Below are positions 50,331 to 63,687 of a stretch of DNA of 64,000 bases, one piece after another. The stretch covers positions 22,362,516 to 22,426,515 of the forward strand of contig NC_069004.1 of the NCBI RefSeq assembly GCF_001194135.2, read 5' to 3'. Numbering within the stretch: position 1 is the stretch's first letter; every line of letters starts with the position of its first letter. The DNA comes from Octopus bimaculoides (lineage: Eukaryota). The position numbers and the translations under genes were made by a program. Under the pieces are notes generated by a model that saw only the letters and a program-made list of their open reading frames with translations, had not been told where the DNA came from and made no database searches.

Positions 50331-52795
50331 AAATCCACTCACAAGGCTTTGGTTGGCCCGAGGTTATAGTAGAAGACATTNNNNNNNNNNNNNNNNNNNN
50401 NNNNNNNNNNNNNNNNNNNNNNNNNNNNNNNNNNNNNNNNNNNNNNNNNNNNNNNNNNNNNNNNNNNNNNNNNNNNNNNNATATATATATTTACGTGTAT
50501 ATTTATTTGTATATTTGTATGCATGTCTATATTTGTGTTTTTGTATGTATGTTGAATTTATGTAGATATGCATGTTGTTTTATATGTGCACATTTGGAAG
50601 CTGAACAAAGTATCTAACACTCGTTAGATACTTTTTAGGAACACCAACTTCCAAATCATCTTACTCTCTTCCTCTTTCTATTTTCCCTTTCTCTTTCTAA
50701 TTTTCTTTCTTTCTCTTTTATTTCTTTTTCTTTTCCCTTCTTCCACTACTTGTTATTCTGATTTTCTTTTCATTTTCTTTCTCGCCTATAACAACTAAGT
50801 TGTATAAGCATACACCAGGAGGTATTATTTGTGTGAGTGTGTGTGCATGCACACATGTATATATATTTGTATATATTTATGTTTTGCCTATATTTGTCTC
50901 TATATGTATGTAACCATGTACCAACGTCTGTATGTTTAGTGTATATATGTATGTATAGGTTGTTTGGTATGTGTATGTATTGCTAAATATATGAGTATTT
51001 TAGCGTGCAAATTCTTTTTTTTTTAACAGATATATCTATTTAAATATTATTATTTTTTTCCACCAATTATTTACCCTGTGTATTCAGGTCTATTTTCTTC
51101 CTACATAAACTGTTTTTGATTTAAGGTTCTCTTCGATTTTTATAATAATATTTTAAGCCGCAATTGTAATTTCATGCAACCGGTTATTGAAAAGACCATT
51201 AGTTGAAAGGACCAATGAAACAAAACCATTTTCAAATGTGTATCTATCATATAACCTTATTTTGTTCCATTTGAAACAAAATTGTCTGACAAACAGGAAT
51301 GTGAAACTCCGAGTAACAGTTTCTGTGATATTTTTGCTGCTTTTTAATAGTGTATATATNNNNNNNNNNNNNNNNNNNNNNNNNNNNNNNNNNNNNNNNN
51401 NNNNNNNNNNNNNNNNNNNNNNNNNNNNNNNNNNNNNNNNNNNNNNNNNNNNNNNNNNNNNNNNNAGAATACGTACACCACCTGTTTGCACGTAATCCTA
51501 ACGCTAACCACCGGGTGTATGTATTCTTTACTTTCGTTATATATATATATATATATATATATGTACATACACACACACACACATGCACATTTGCATAAAT
51601 ACATACATAATTTTTTACTGTAATTGTCAGTAATTTCCTGTTCAGACCCTCATCCTCTATTCTGATCAACTGCAACTGTTTCTGTATACCACCCACACAT
51701 ATTGCTGCCATTCAGTTCACCTGCAGCTGGTCCATAATTAAATAGCAATTCACTCACATCAGCTGCATTTGCATTTATTCTTTGCCAGCTCTGTTACTGC
51801 ATTCTTCATGTCAATAAAAGAGATGCTGTTGGGAAAACTGTTGATTGAGTATACCTATGACCATCTCACCAGGACCATCTCATCTTATGTGTATTTTTAG
51901 AATTATATTATTGAATGGATCTCCCTTTTTTTTTAATTGTGGCAATGGGGTGTGAATTGAAAGGGATTTCACTGCTTTTCCCAGCAGGTTGAATGGATTG
52001 ATGCTACCTCTAGCAGTCGAGTGCCCATCATTGACAAGACCAAACCAGGTCAAAATCACATGACTTGGTGGTCTTAGTGCTGGAAATAGTGGGGAGTTAT
52101 GTCCTGGTTGCGATATAAATAAGATTGCATTTTGTGCCAAAAAGACAATATGAGCGTTTCTCTCATGGTAACTACTGCAGTATAGTTTGTTCTAATAGAA
52201 CATCTACACTTAAATGGGGATAAATATTACTTCTTGGTATTAGTACTACCTCTGTCACTAATATATATTAGTGTTTAGTCCCAATTTCTGATTGCCACGG
52301 ATAAGTAAACCCTCTGGTCAAAGGTGTTCCTGCCTTCATCTTGTCTTTGCTTTTCTTTTCTATGAAATTTAGTTAGTATTTCAGGCAGGTTAAATGGCCT
52401 CATAGATGTACTCTCATTAGCTGATCTTAGTGGAAATTTTAGTGCTACTTATGGCAGGGTGAGCAATCACTTTCTTGTAGGCTTCACACAGTAAGGTAAG
52501 TTTGAAGAAATATGGCAAGTAGTTTCAGTGACCATTTTATTATCTCTGTGAAAATATGGTTACTGTTTCTAACCATGAGTTATTCTTTTATTCTTTTACT
52601 TGTTTGTCATTTGACTATGGCCAAGCTGGAGCACCACCTTGAGGGGTTTTAGTCAAACAAATTGACCCCAGGACTTATTTGCTTAAGTCTAGTACTTATT
52701 CTATCAATCCCTTTTGCTGAACCACTAAGTTACAGTGACATAAGCACACCAACACCAGTTGTCAAGCAATGATAGCAGAGGACAAACAGACACAA

Positions 52796-52836
<41 letters not shown>

Positions 52837-53133
52837 NNNNNNNNNNNNNNNNNNNNNNNNNNNNNNNNNNNNNNNNNNNNNNNNNNNNNNNNNNNNNNNN
52901 NNNNNNNNNNNNNNNNNNNNNNNNNNNNNNNNNNNNNNNNNNNNNNNNNNNNNNNNNNNNNNNNNNNNNNNNNNNNNNNNNNNNNNNNNNNNNNNNNNNN
53001 NNNNNNNNNNNNNNNNNNNNNNNNNNNNNNNNNNNNNNNNNNNNNNNNNNNNNNNNNNNNNNNNNNNNNNNNNNNNNNNNNNNNNNNNNNNNNNNNNNNN
53101 NNNNNNNNNNNNNNNNNNNNNNNNNNNNNNNNN

Positions 53134-53340
53134 NGTATATATATATATGTGTGTGTGTGTGTGTTAGTATATAAATGTATATATATATATGTGTGTGTGT
53201 GTGTGTTAGTATATATATATGTATATGTATATATATATGTGTGTGTGTGTGTGTTAGTATATATATATATGTATATGTATATATATATATGTATGTGTGT
53301 GTGTGTGTTAGCATATATATGTGTGTGTGTGTGTGTGTAA
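53134..53340. repeat. higher-order microsatellite [(TA)n(TG)nTTAG] repeated about 4 times
   Basis: Direct reading. Confidence 0.85.
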
Positions 53341-53367
53341 AGGGTTGAATGAAGTTATAGAATGAAG

Positions 53368-53709
53368 TTCTACAAATCCAATCATATTTGTCAAAAATGG
53401 AGGAGATAAGATGTTAAAAAGTTGTAAGTTTATTCATGCAGACGATTGTTTTGTACAAAGGGATAAAAATTCATTTTCAGAATCTTGAATTATCAAAGTA
53501 CTCAGATACGAAAGTCAAAAGTCCAACTTCTCAGCTCTTTTTTTAAGTTCTTATTTTTTCTGCACTGATGAGTACTTTGATAATTCCAGATTCTGAAAAA
53601 TGAATTTTTATCTCTTTGAACGAAACAATTGTATGCATGAATAAACTTCTTACAACTTTTTAACATCTTATCTCCTCCATTTTTGACAAATATTATTGGA
53701 TTTGTAGAA
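53368..53709. repeat. inverted duplication (~140-bp arms) containing hammerhead motifs
   Basis: 53368-53504 is the reverse complement of 53569-53709. Confidence 0.9.
53561..53637 (+). ncRNA. type I hammerhead ribozyme (GUA triplet, long stem II, palindromic stem III)
   Basis: TGCA CTGATGA G[48 nt]C GAAA CAATTG TA TGCA; predicted cleavage after 53633. Confidence 0.75.
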
Positions 53710-54192
53710 AAAGGCTTTGGTCAACTTGAAGCTATAGTAGAAGTCACCTGCCCAAGATGCTACATAGTGGGACTGAACCTAGAACCATGCGGTTGGGAAG
53801 CAAGCTTCTTGCCTATTTTTTTAGTTGTTGCTGTTTAATGCACCCATCCTGGTTAGAGCCAATTGTGTAAAATTATGATTGAGCATTCCAACCATGGCCA
53901 TCTAGTCGCTTTCTTTTCATATTTTGTATCTAGAAATATGTAGGGTGTGATATGAAGATTTGCCTGCTGTTTCTAGCAGGTCAAGCCACCATGTATAGGT
54001 TTAAAGGGTGTTGAGTTGTTTAAGTCCAGATCAGCTCTGATTGCTTAGACATGATCAAAAGTATTCCATCAGTGACCATCCTGTCTTGTTTTCAGGCATA
54101 ATATATCTAGAACTGCATTATCAGATTTGTCCTTATTAAATAAAAAGTAGTTTAGGCTTGATATGTCTGGTAGATCTATTTCAGTGATTAGT

Positions 54193-54233
54193 AATTATAA
54201 TCTCTCTTCAAGTCTTGAAGAGAGAATATAATT
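54193..54233. repeat. 41-nt interrupted palindrome (20-bp arms, one mismatch)
   Basis: AATTATAATCTCTCTTCAAG T CTTGAAGAGAGAATATAATT. Confidence 0.9.
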
Positions 54234-55569
54234 TGGTCGAGTTTCACCTCCGTGTTCTTATAACTTGCCTTATGACTCTGTGAACATACAGGTAAAAAAC
54301 TCCAAAATAGCAAGAGACTGACACACCCAAAATAAAGATATTAATCTCTACTATGGCATTGAGTACTCTTTTTGCTGACAGTCAGTGTTGAATTTAGATG
54401 CCCTTGAAGATTCCTCCTAGATGGGATGCCACTCCACTATAAGTTAGCCTCAGCTGCTGGTGATGGTTCTTATTTTCAACAAAGTGAACTGGAGTAACAT
54501 GAAATGAAGCACCTTGCTCAAGGACAAAAAACGCCACCAGCTCAGGTATCAAACCCACAACCTTACATTCATGAGCACAACACTCTGACTGCTAGGACAG
54601 ATACCTTCACAATACACACACACACACACACACACACACGCGCGCGCATGCAATGTATAAGAATAACGAATCTAACTAGAAAAGAAAGAATGCTAAATAA
54701 ATAATGTATTAAATTTGTTCAAAAGAAAAACTTAATTCTTTTAATTTCTTTGTTTCGTATGACATTCAAATCAATTTTACAGAATTAAAATAATTAAAAT
54801 ATGCATTTTTCTAATCTCTTTTTGTTGGAAGCATTCCAGCTTAAGATAAATATTTTATTTCATTAGAATTAATATGTTGAAATAATTCATCAATATATTT
54901 GAGGCATTGAAGATGTCAGAAGAATGAAATTTGAGATTTGAATTCAAGATAGTACACATCCAACCTGATTTTACTGGTACTTATTCACTGATAGGTACAG
55001 CATAATTTTAACTCAAAATATAGAACTAATTACTAATTAGTTTGTCCAATGCTTTTCTGTTTCTTCTCCCCAACGATCTTTATAATAATAATAATAACAA
55101 TAATGGTGATGATGATGATATTTCTATTAAAGGCACAAGGCCTGAAATTTGGTAGGAAGGAGCTAGTTAATTACATTGACTCCACTGCTCAACTGGTACT
55201 TATTTTATTGACCCTAAAAGGATAAAAGTCAATTCACTGTATTTTCTGTCTATGCTGAGGAAACCATCATTGATGTTCACTTTCTAGGAACTGTCAGTTC
55301 TACCACCTTTGCTACCCTCCTTTCTTTGCACCATATGACAAAGTCAAGCTTTTTGGTGGCAAAAAGTACAAAGTGATATATACCATGAAGATCAGTGGAG
55401 AACTCCTAAGTCTCCACTCATTTTGGATTATCCTTCTTTTGAGTGACTGGTTTGGAACATTCACTTTTCTTGCAAAACTTTGTCTTCCCATTCGCCATAA
55501 GTTGTCTCTTACTTTTGTTAATTTACTTTACCCTCTTCATTATTGCATCAGCCAATACAATTATTAGGT

Positions 55570-55915
55570 TGTTCTGAAAATAAATACTGATTTTAAAAGT
55601 AAGCATATCTTCTTGAAAGACTGAACTTATACAAAGGTTTAATTATTCAAAATATGATCCCTGAACAGCTATGCATTTCTCCCATTGATTAACAAAATTA
55701 TTCATGCCTCTTCAATAAAAATCCAAGGGTTTTGATGCCAAGAAATCCTTGAATTCAGTTTCGACCTCGGTTTTGCAATGGAAAGTGTTTTGTCTAGATG
55801 CTTGAAAACATGATAGTCGGTGGGTGAAAGATCAGGAGAATATTGAGCATGTGGTAAAATCTCATATTCCAAGTTTGTTAGCTTCTGCAGTCTCATTATA
55901 TTTCCTTTTTGTTTC
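55570..55915 (-). mobile_element. mariner transposase 3' relic
   Basis: EYEILPHAQYSPDLSPTDYHVFKHLD (YSPDLAP.D motif). Confidence 0.88.
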
Positions 55916-56296
55916 AATTAATTAAATCGTAATCAACAATTTGAAGGAATTTAGTAAAATAGCTAATATTTTCATTAACTGGTATATGAAACTGTTTGTA
56001 GCATAACACAAGTTTCTTATGTACAACTATAATGGAAAGTTTGTATTTTAAATAAGAGATATACCATGTAGTTAAGAAGTTTGTTTTGAAACCATATGAT
56101 TTCAGGTTCCGTCCAACTGCATTACACCTTAGGCAAATCACTACTATGTCCCCAGGTAGACCAATACCTTTTGATTGAATTTGGTAGAAGGAACCTAGGT
56201 GGAAGCTTGTTGTGTGTGTAAGAGAGAGAGAGAGTGTGTATGTGAGTGTGTGTGTGTGGGAAGAGATAGCGTGTGTGTGTGTGTGGGGGGGGGAAT

Positions 56297-56331
<35 letters not shown>

Positions 56332-56422
56332 ATTGACCTTCTATGGCGTTGCTTCTCACTGGCTAAGTGAAATAGTGATATGATATTTACATTTCTTTTG
56401 GTTGCTGTGTTTCTTGAAAGGC

Positions 56423-57080
56423 ATCATCATCATTTAATGTCTGATTTCCATGTTGGTAGCTTTGGGTGGTTTGATGAGTTGGAAAGTCAGAAGTCTGTGA
56501 CAAGCTCTATTGTCTGATTTCTCATGTATCTGTAGATTTATGACTCCTGTGTATCTTCCACACACAAACACGTTTTCTGTTAGCCTTGCTGTGATTCTAC
56601 TGCACCTCTTGTGTGTCCGTAGCTTGCACTGGATACACTGAATGGAATTCCTGCCTACAACTTTCCTACATATTGAGCAGGGTCATTTAACTGAAGTGGG
56701 TAGGGTTCTGTCTATTTTCTGGCTTACTAGGACCTTGGTCTTTGCCAAGTTAACTTTAAGGCCCTTCAATTCCAAATTTTGCTTCTACACCTGGAATTTC
56801 TTTTCTAGTAGTTACAGATTCTACTATGACAACAAGATCATCAGCATATAGTAGTTCTCATTAGCAACCAGTCTTAAATTTCTCTGTTATGACCTGGAAG
56901 ATGATGATGAATAGGAGGGGGTTGTAAGCTGTACTAATGACTTACTCTTACCTTACTGACAACACTCCTGTATATGGCCATTCATCTATCCCTAATTTCC
57001 TCAGAGACAACCATATCACAATGCGAGGTATTCCGTTGAAGGCTTTCTCCAGGTCTGTGTATGTGAAATACAATGGCCTA
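56423..57080 (-). mobile_element. RTE LINE, 3' portion (split by the Helitron)
   Basis: RPLYFTYTDLEKAFNGIPR at the right edge; zinc-finger-like region similar to 18980-19110; CATCAT tail. Confidence 0.8.
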
Positions 57081-57084
57081 TCTA

Positions 57085-57117
<33 letters not shown>

Positions 57118-57885
57118 GAGTGTGTGTGCATGTGCGTATGTTCCTTATGCATTCCAAAACAGAGTTGCCGATTTTGACGTATGGGGTATCATAAGATTCA
57201 GTAAGCTTTTGGCTACCAACTAAACTATATTTTCATTCGCGTATTTGCATTACAAAAATTTAACATTATCATTTTTCTTTTAATCACCTGTCATAAACAA
57301 TATCTTTTACCATCACCACAACGACGATGACATCACATTTTCTATATGAGTGTGTTCGCGTGTTTGTTACTTATGTTAGGCTGATGACTGACAAGTATAT
57401 GTGTATGACAGTGTTTGTGCCTGCCAGTATACATACATTTTTGTAATGACTGACACACACACAAACACACACATCTAAAGACACAGACAGACACACACAG
57501 GAACAGAGATAGGCTTGAGATGTGCATCTTAGTATATGTATGTGACTTTACCCACCACCCAACAGTGAAATGTGCTGATATTGAAAGTTACAATGACCAG
57601 ATTTCATTAGAAAGTGAAAATAGTTTCATGCTTTCAATTTGAACCAATATTACAGTGTTTGATTATGTGACTGACGATGCGTGAATAATGAAAGTAATGT
57701 TTCTCTGAATTAGTCACATCTGTATTATATTAAAGAAAGTTGCTTAGGTGATCTTTCGTTTTGACTTGCAGAGCTGTCATGTGCGTTCGTTAATTTCCGT
57801 AAAATTTTTTTTATTTATTTACTTTTGTTTTAAAGTGAAAGAGAAGAGAAAAGGAAAGATGTATGTATGTGTATATAAAATGGAC

Positions 57886-57922
<37 letters not shown>

Positions 57923-60155
57923 GAAGGGAGAAAGAGAGTGACTAAAGGGGTGTGTTATGTATACGTATATACGTACATCACTACATCTGTATGCATCTTT
58001 TTTGTATGTACATGTGCATGTGTGTGTTCTCATGTATGTGTAAGTGGCACTCACTCACTCTCTCTCTCTCTCTCACATACATTCGTCCATTTCATATACA
58101 CATTCATACATTTTTCACTTTCTCCTCTCTTTCCCTTTAAAACAAAAGTAAATAAATAAAAAAATTTTATGGATAAGGAACAAAACAGCTGATTCAGATG
58201 ACAGTTTGTTGACAACTTAGAGAGTTATAATGAAACAAAGCCGCTGCTTATTATCTATCTACTAAATAAACTATGTTTTTCACTCAACAACTCTTTTTTA
58301 CAGCTAAAATAACCTTGGCAACTACGCTGGGTCGCACAATTTTGAGGTCATTTTTGGACAATATTTCAATTTGCTTCTAATGTTTCACTTTTGTCTGATG
58401 TTTCACGCATACGTAGAATTCTGCTCAGACAAACATTTATGAAATTGTACACATAAATATTGTATTAAAATAAGCCACAACCAAAAAAAATTGCATTAAA
58501 AGACATCCATTTCTGTATGTGTTATGAGGAAATACAATCACTCACTCTCTCTCTTACGCACAGAAAAGATGTATGCATATGTATTTATGGCCGAAGGTAA
58601 AGAATAAGTGCACCTGGTGTTTAGGGTTATGTTGTGCTGAAAACAGGTGGTGTATGTATTCTTTACCTCTGTCTATTTATGTATGTGTATATGAAAGGTG
58701 TGTGTATGTAAGAGAGAGTGAGTGAGTGACGCTTACACATACATGCCAAAAAATTCATACATCACAACATGCAACTTCTTTCTCTCTCTCTCTCTCTCTC
58801 TCTCTCATAGACACACACACACGTCCATTTCATATACATGTACATCTTTCACTTTCTCCTCTCACTTCAAAGCAAATGTTGCCTTTTCTCTTTATCCTCT
58901 CTTTCAATTTCTGCTCTCTTTAAAGAATAAATAAATTAAAAGAATTTTCAGAAATTAATGAACAATCATATGATCCCCTATATGTCAAATTAATAAGTTT
59001 GTTTCTTCAAACAAAAGAATGCCATAAAATAACTTTCTTTGGCACAAACACACACACACACATGCTCATATACACACTCTGGGTAAAACTTCTGTGTGAA
59101 TTATGCTATTTATTGCAGTGTGTACGCTCAAATCCAATTGAAATGCTCTTTTTCTATTGTGTAATTTGTGTTTATGATGAGTGTATTTAAAAACCTGATC
59201 TTTGATATGAACTTAAAAGAAATTTTTGCCAGAAATCCTGTACTTTACCTCTTTTTTCTAGCATGTCCAAGGTGACATTTCTGCTCCTCACCCTATTTTT
59301 TCCAAAATTTCTTCTGATTCCGATGTTTGCGATGCAGGGCATTAGGATTTCACCCACAAAACACGTTCACAATATTTTAATTCTCTCCCTCTCCACACCA
59401 AATTAATTTTTACTTTTCTCAAATATTTTTTCTTGGTAACCCATGGAGAAAAAACAGGGTACGAATCTTTAAAAATTTTACCCATCACCTCACCACTTTC
59501 AAAAAGCTACAAACTCCCAATGTTTCACTTTTAGTTTTTTGGAAAGCAGGGAAGTTTCTTCAGAAATAATGTCGTTTACCTGTTGTTTCTAGCAAGTTGG
59601 GTTTTCTGGCGGTGGTCTGGTATTTTTTAAGTTTGCTATTTCAGTAGAATTCTACGCATGTGCGGAAACACCAGACAAAAGTGAAAGCAAGTAGGTGATG
59701 GGTGAGTGAGGTGGGGGAAGGGGCATTGAGTGTTTCTTTAAGAAAAATTAAACTATAAAAAATATATGTATTTCCCAGATTTGTAATCTCTGTATTTGTC
59801 TACGTAGATAACAAAAACAAAAACAAAAAAATTTGAAAATGTTACAAATTAAGAAATTGTGGTGAGGATGGGGCAAAATTAAAATTTTGAAAATGTGATT
59901 TCTGGTCAAAATCATATTAACCCTCTTTTATATGATGAAACAATACATAGTTTGTGATCCTTCTTAAGAACAGAAAGCACTTTCATGCAGACCCATGCAA
60001 ATTGTACCCTCCCCCTTCACTTATAAATGAACAATAATTATCATTATGCCATTAACTATATATCAGCTGTGCTGATTCTGCCCATAAGGAAGGAGCAAAT
60101 AATTCAATGTGCCTGTAGGTCATAACACCTGGGCAATGCCAGGATGCATTGCTAG
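57081..60155 (+). mobile_element. non-autonomous Helitron-type element, 3075 bp
   Basis: A|TCTATCTATATA...TAAAA 5' end; CCTGGGCAATGCCAGG hairpin (60128-60143) then CTAG|T; no TSD; the flanks rejoin into a continuous RTE RT frame. Confidence 0.85.
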
Positions 60156-60960
60156 TTCTTAGCTAAATACTTCTCTTGCAGTTGCCTGACCATGAAAATA
60201 GAATCAGTAGTACTTCTCCCTGGGATAAAGCTAAACTGCATTTCATCTAGTCCAATTCTGTTCTTGTTTCTAGCTGGGCTATAACTTTCTTTGTAATTTT
60301 CATTACCTGGTCTAGCAATTTGATTCCTCTATAATTACTTCTATCTAAGGCATTTCCCTTACCCTTGTAGCAGCTGACTATAATGCTACTCCAGTCATTG
60401 GAGATTTTGCCTCCATGAATAACCTAACTATATGGGTTAACTATAACTATTCCTGAATAACCTGGCTAACTAGACTCTACCAGATATTTTAAATACCTCA
60501 GTAGTAACACCTGATGGACCAGGGGCTTTTTCTGTCTTTATATCTTTAATTGCCTCACCTGTCATACTACTGTCAACTAGGATAACTGGGTTCATATTGG
60601 GGAAAATCTCATTCTCCAATTCATTCTCCACATTTAACATTTCATAGTAGCACTTCTACACCTCTTTCTTTTCAGAATCACTTAGTGTAGGCATATCATT
60701 ATCCATCTGTACACACTTCTTTCTCACAACATCTTGATTCTCTCTGACACACATTCTCGCAATCCAGAACACCTCAAGTCTTAGACCATGTTGTAAGACA
60801 TTGGCAAACCTCTTCCTTTCTGCTTCTATTCTTGCTAGATAAACCTATCTGCTAACTTTCCCTTCAGCTGCTGATCTGGTTCTTTGCTACCCCTTCTTTC
60901 CCACTTTTTCCAAGTCTGTCTCTTCTCTTTTATAGCCCTATTCCTTACATGAAAAGCAAG
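60156..60960 (-). mobile_element. RTE LINE, RT portion (split by the Helitron)
   Basis: Minus-strand translation MQFSFIPGRSTTDSIFMVRQLQEKYLAKN. Confidence 0.9.
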
Positions 60961-61717
60961 AGGGTCGATAACAGGAAGATCATTCAGCTATAAAAATCAT
61001 GTTTTTAATAAGTCCCTGTCCAACCCATACTGTACAGAAAAATGAACATCAAACAAGTGAAGGAGAACAACGAAATATATGTATATATAGGGACCAAATT
61101 TTTAATGCTGCATGTTAATCATATATACATTTGATGCAATCAACATATTTTGTTCAGATTTGTTTAAAAAAAAAATCGATAACATTTTCATTTTGTTTCT
61201 TTTTTTATATTTCATTTCTTTTTTCCAGTTGGAAAATTTTCTTTTGTAATTTTTTTTTTTACTTCATTCACTTTCTTCCATCTTCACAATTTCATGAAGC
61301 AATGTGGATTTTACTTCAACTGCTATTTATTTTGTTTGTATCAGCTTAACTTAAAAATAGATTAAATATATGTGACAAAAATCAATCCTGCACCCAATAG
61401 TTGCTAAGTAACGAGCAGGGCTTTTAGATTTACCCCCCCCCCCGCTTAAATCTAAAATATGGTAAACCTTACATTTACTAACAAATATTGGCTAGGCATA
61501 TTTGACTTCCATCCCCTACATTTTTTATTTTCAAGAATCTACTTACACATACATAGACATTCATATAAACATATACATCTATACACACACTCACGTATGT
61601 TTACACATACACACGTCTGTGTGTTTGAGTATGCCTATATATATATATATATACTAATATATGAATTAGAAGCAGTGCAAGTGATGTAAACATTAAATAC
61701 ACACACACAATAGATGT

Positions 61718-61945
61718 GTTTTGCTAGTTTGCCAGTCGGCTGCGATTCAACACGGTGGAGGTGACCATCTCAAAGTGGTGGGTGTTAGAACAGCTGAAAG
61801 TCATATTCATAGACAGGTGAGACAAGTTACCTCAAGTCCCATTCACAAGTCCTGATGTTTTGCCATTCGTTCAGGTGTTTAACATCACTTTGAGAAGGCC
61901 ATCTCCACCACATCGAATCACAGCTGACTTGCGAACTAGCAAAAC
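61718..61945. repeat. GC-richer imperfect hairpin/MITE (~78-bp arms)
   Basis: GTTTTGCTAGTTTGCCAGTCGGCTG... versus ...CAGCTGACTTGCGAACTAGCAAAAC. Confidence 0.85.
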
Positions 61946-62018
61946 TCATGCATTGTGTATGTGTATTTAATAATGTTTACATATTTATATATATGTGTGT
62001 GTGTGTGTATGTGTGTGT

Positions 62019-62052
<34 letters not shown>

Positions 62053-62519
62053 NNNNNNNNNNNNNNNNNNNNNNNNNNNNNNNNNNNNNNNNNNNNNNNN
62101 NNNNNNNNNNNNNNNNNNNNNNNNNNNNNNNNNNNNNNNNNNNNNNNNNNNNNNNNNNNNNNNNNNNNNNNNNNNNNNNNNNNNNNNNNNNNNNNNNNNN
62201 NNNNNNNNNNNNNNNNNNNNNNNNNNNNNNNNNNNNNNNNNNNNNNNNNNNNNNNNNNNNNNNNNNNNNNNNNNNNNNNNNNNNNNNNNNNNNNNNNNNN
62301 NNNNNNNNNNNNNNNNNNNNNNNNNNNNNNNNNNNNNNNNNNNNNNNNNNNNNNNNNNNNNNNNNNNNNNNNNNNNNNNNNNNNNNNNNNNNNNNNNNNN
62401 NNNNNNNNNNNNNNNNNNNNNNNNNNNNNNNNNNNNNNNNNNNNNNNNNNNNNNNNNNNNNNNNNNNNNNNNNNNNNNNNNNNNNNNNNNNNNNNNNNNN
62501 NNNNNNNNNNNNNNNNNNN

Positions 62520-62552
<33 letters not shown>

Positions 62553-63687
62553 CTGGAAAACCTCCAACAATAGAGAGCAGTTGCCATATTTCAATCCATA
62601 ACTACCATCTCTGAAGAGTGCAGTGTTACATAATCAGGTTGTTATCTAACACTGTTGAATCCTTAGTGTAAAACCAAAATGGATATATGATACAGTATAC
62701 TTCAATTAATATACCCACTCTATTGACAAACATGCAAGTGCATATTTTTTTCTGACTTATGGATTCTTAGACAGCTATAGTACATAGACAGTATTGTTGG
62801 AGCTCTAGTTGAATTTCTTATTGAGCACTTCTATTGATAAATATGGACTGAGATGCATATTCTGAAGGACAAGTGTATCTGTTAAGGTGTGGGAGTAAGT
62901 GTGCTTCAGTGGAGGCAAGAATAGCACAGGCATTCCCGAGTAGCATAATACTGTTTGGCCTCACATAAAAGAACAACATTATTAAAAGGTGCTGAAATTA
63001 TTATGATCTCTAGTTGACAGCTGATGAAAAGAATGTCTATGTGCAAGCTGTATGTGTTATACATACACATTACACCTGTTCACATCCCCCTGTTAAAGCC
63101 ATAAGGAGGTTCTTGTATTGAACTGACAAAGTGATTCATGCATTGGTCAAAATTACCTGCTGTATTTATTTGTAGTCTTTTATGTTCCGAGTTCAAATCC
63201 TACTGGTGTTTATATAATCAGCTGTTCCCTTCCTCAAAATTTCTTGTTTTGTGTTTATGTTAGAAATTATTATTATTGCAGGCAGTGGATTGGCAGCAGA
63301 ATTGTAAGAGCATCAAAGTTCCATGTGTTATTTGTTTCAGCTGTTTACGTTTTGTATTGAAATCCCGTCAAGATCACCTTTGATTTTTATCCTTCTAGGT
63401 TGATAAAATAAAGTACCAGTCAAATACTGGAGTCAATTTATTCAACTAAACCCTTTTCCTAATGTTCTTAAAGTTCCTTAAATACACATGTACAGAGAAC
63501 ATAGCTTGAAAGTTAACTCTGGTTACAATTATTAAGTGACCTACTTGGCAGTTTTTCATTGTTATAATACTAAGGTTTTATATTTTGCATACACTGTTAT
63601 ATATACCTATCATCAACTGTCAACTGGAAATCATAATAATTTTAGCATCTTCTGATGATACAGCTTTCTCCTATAGTACCAAACAGT

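Noticed and set aside
51900-52150. Non-repetitive GC-richer stretch with short open frames
   Set aside because: Every frame is closed within about 30 codons and no consistent exon boundaries are evident.
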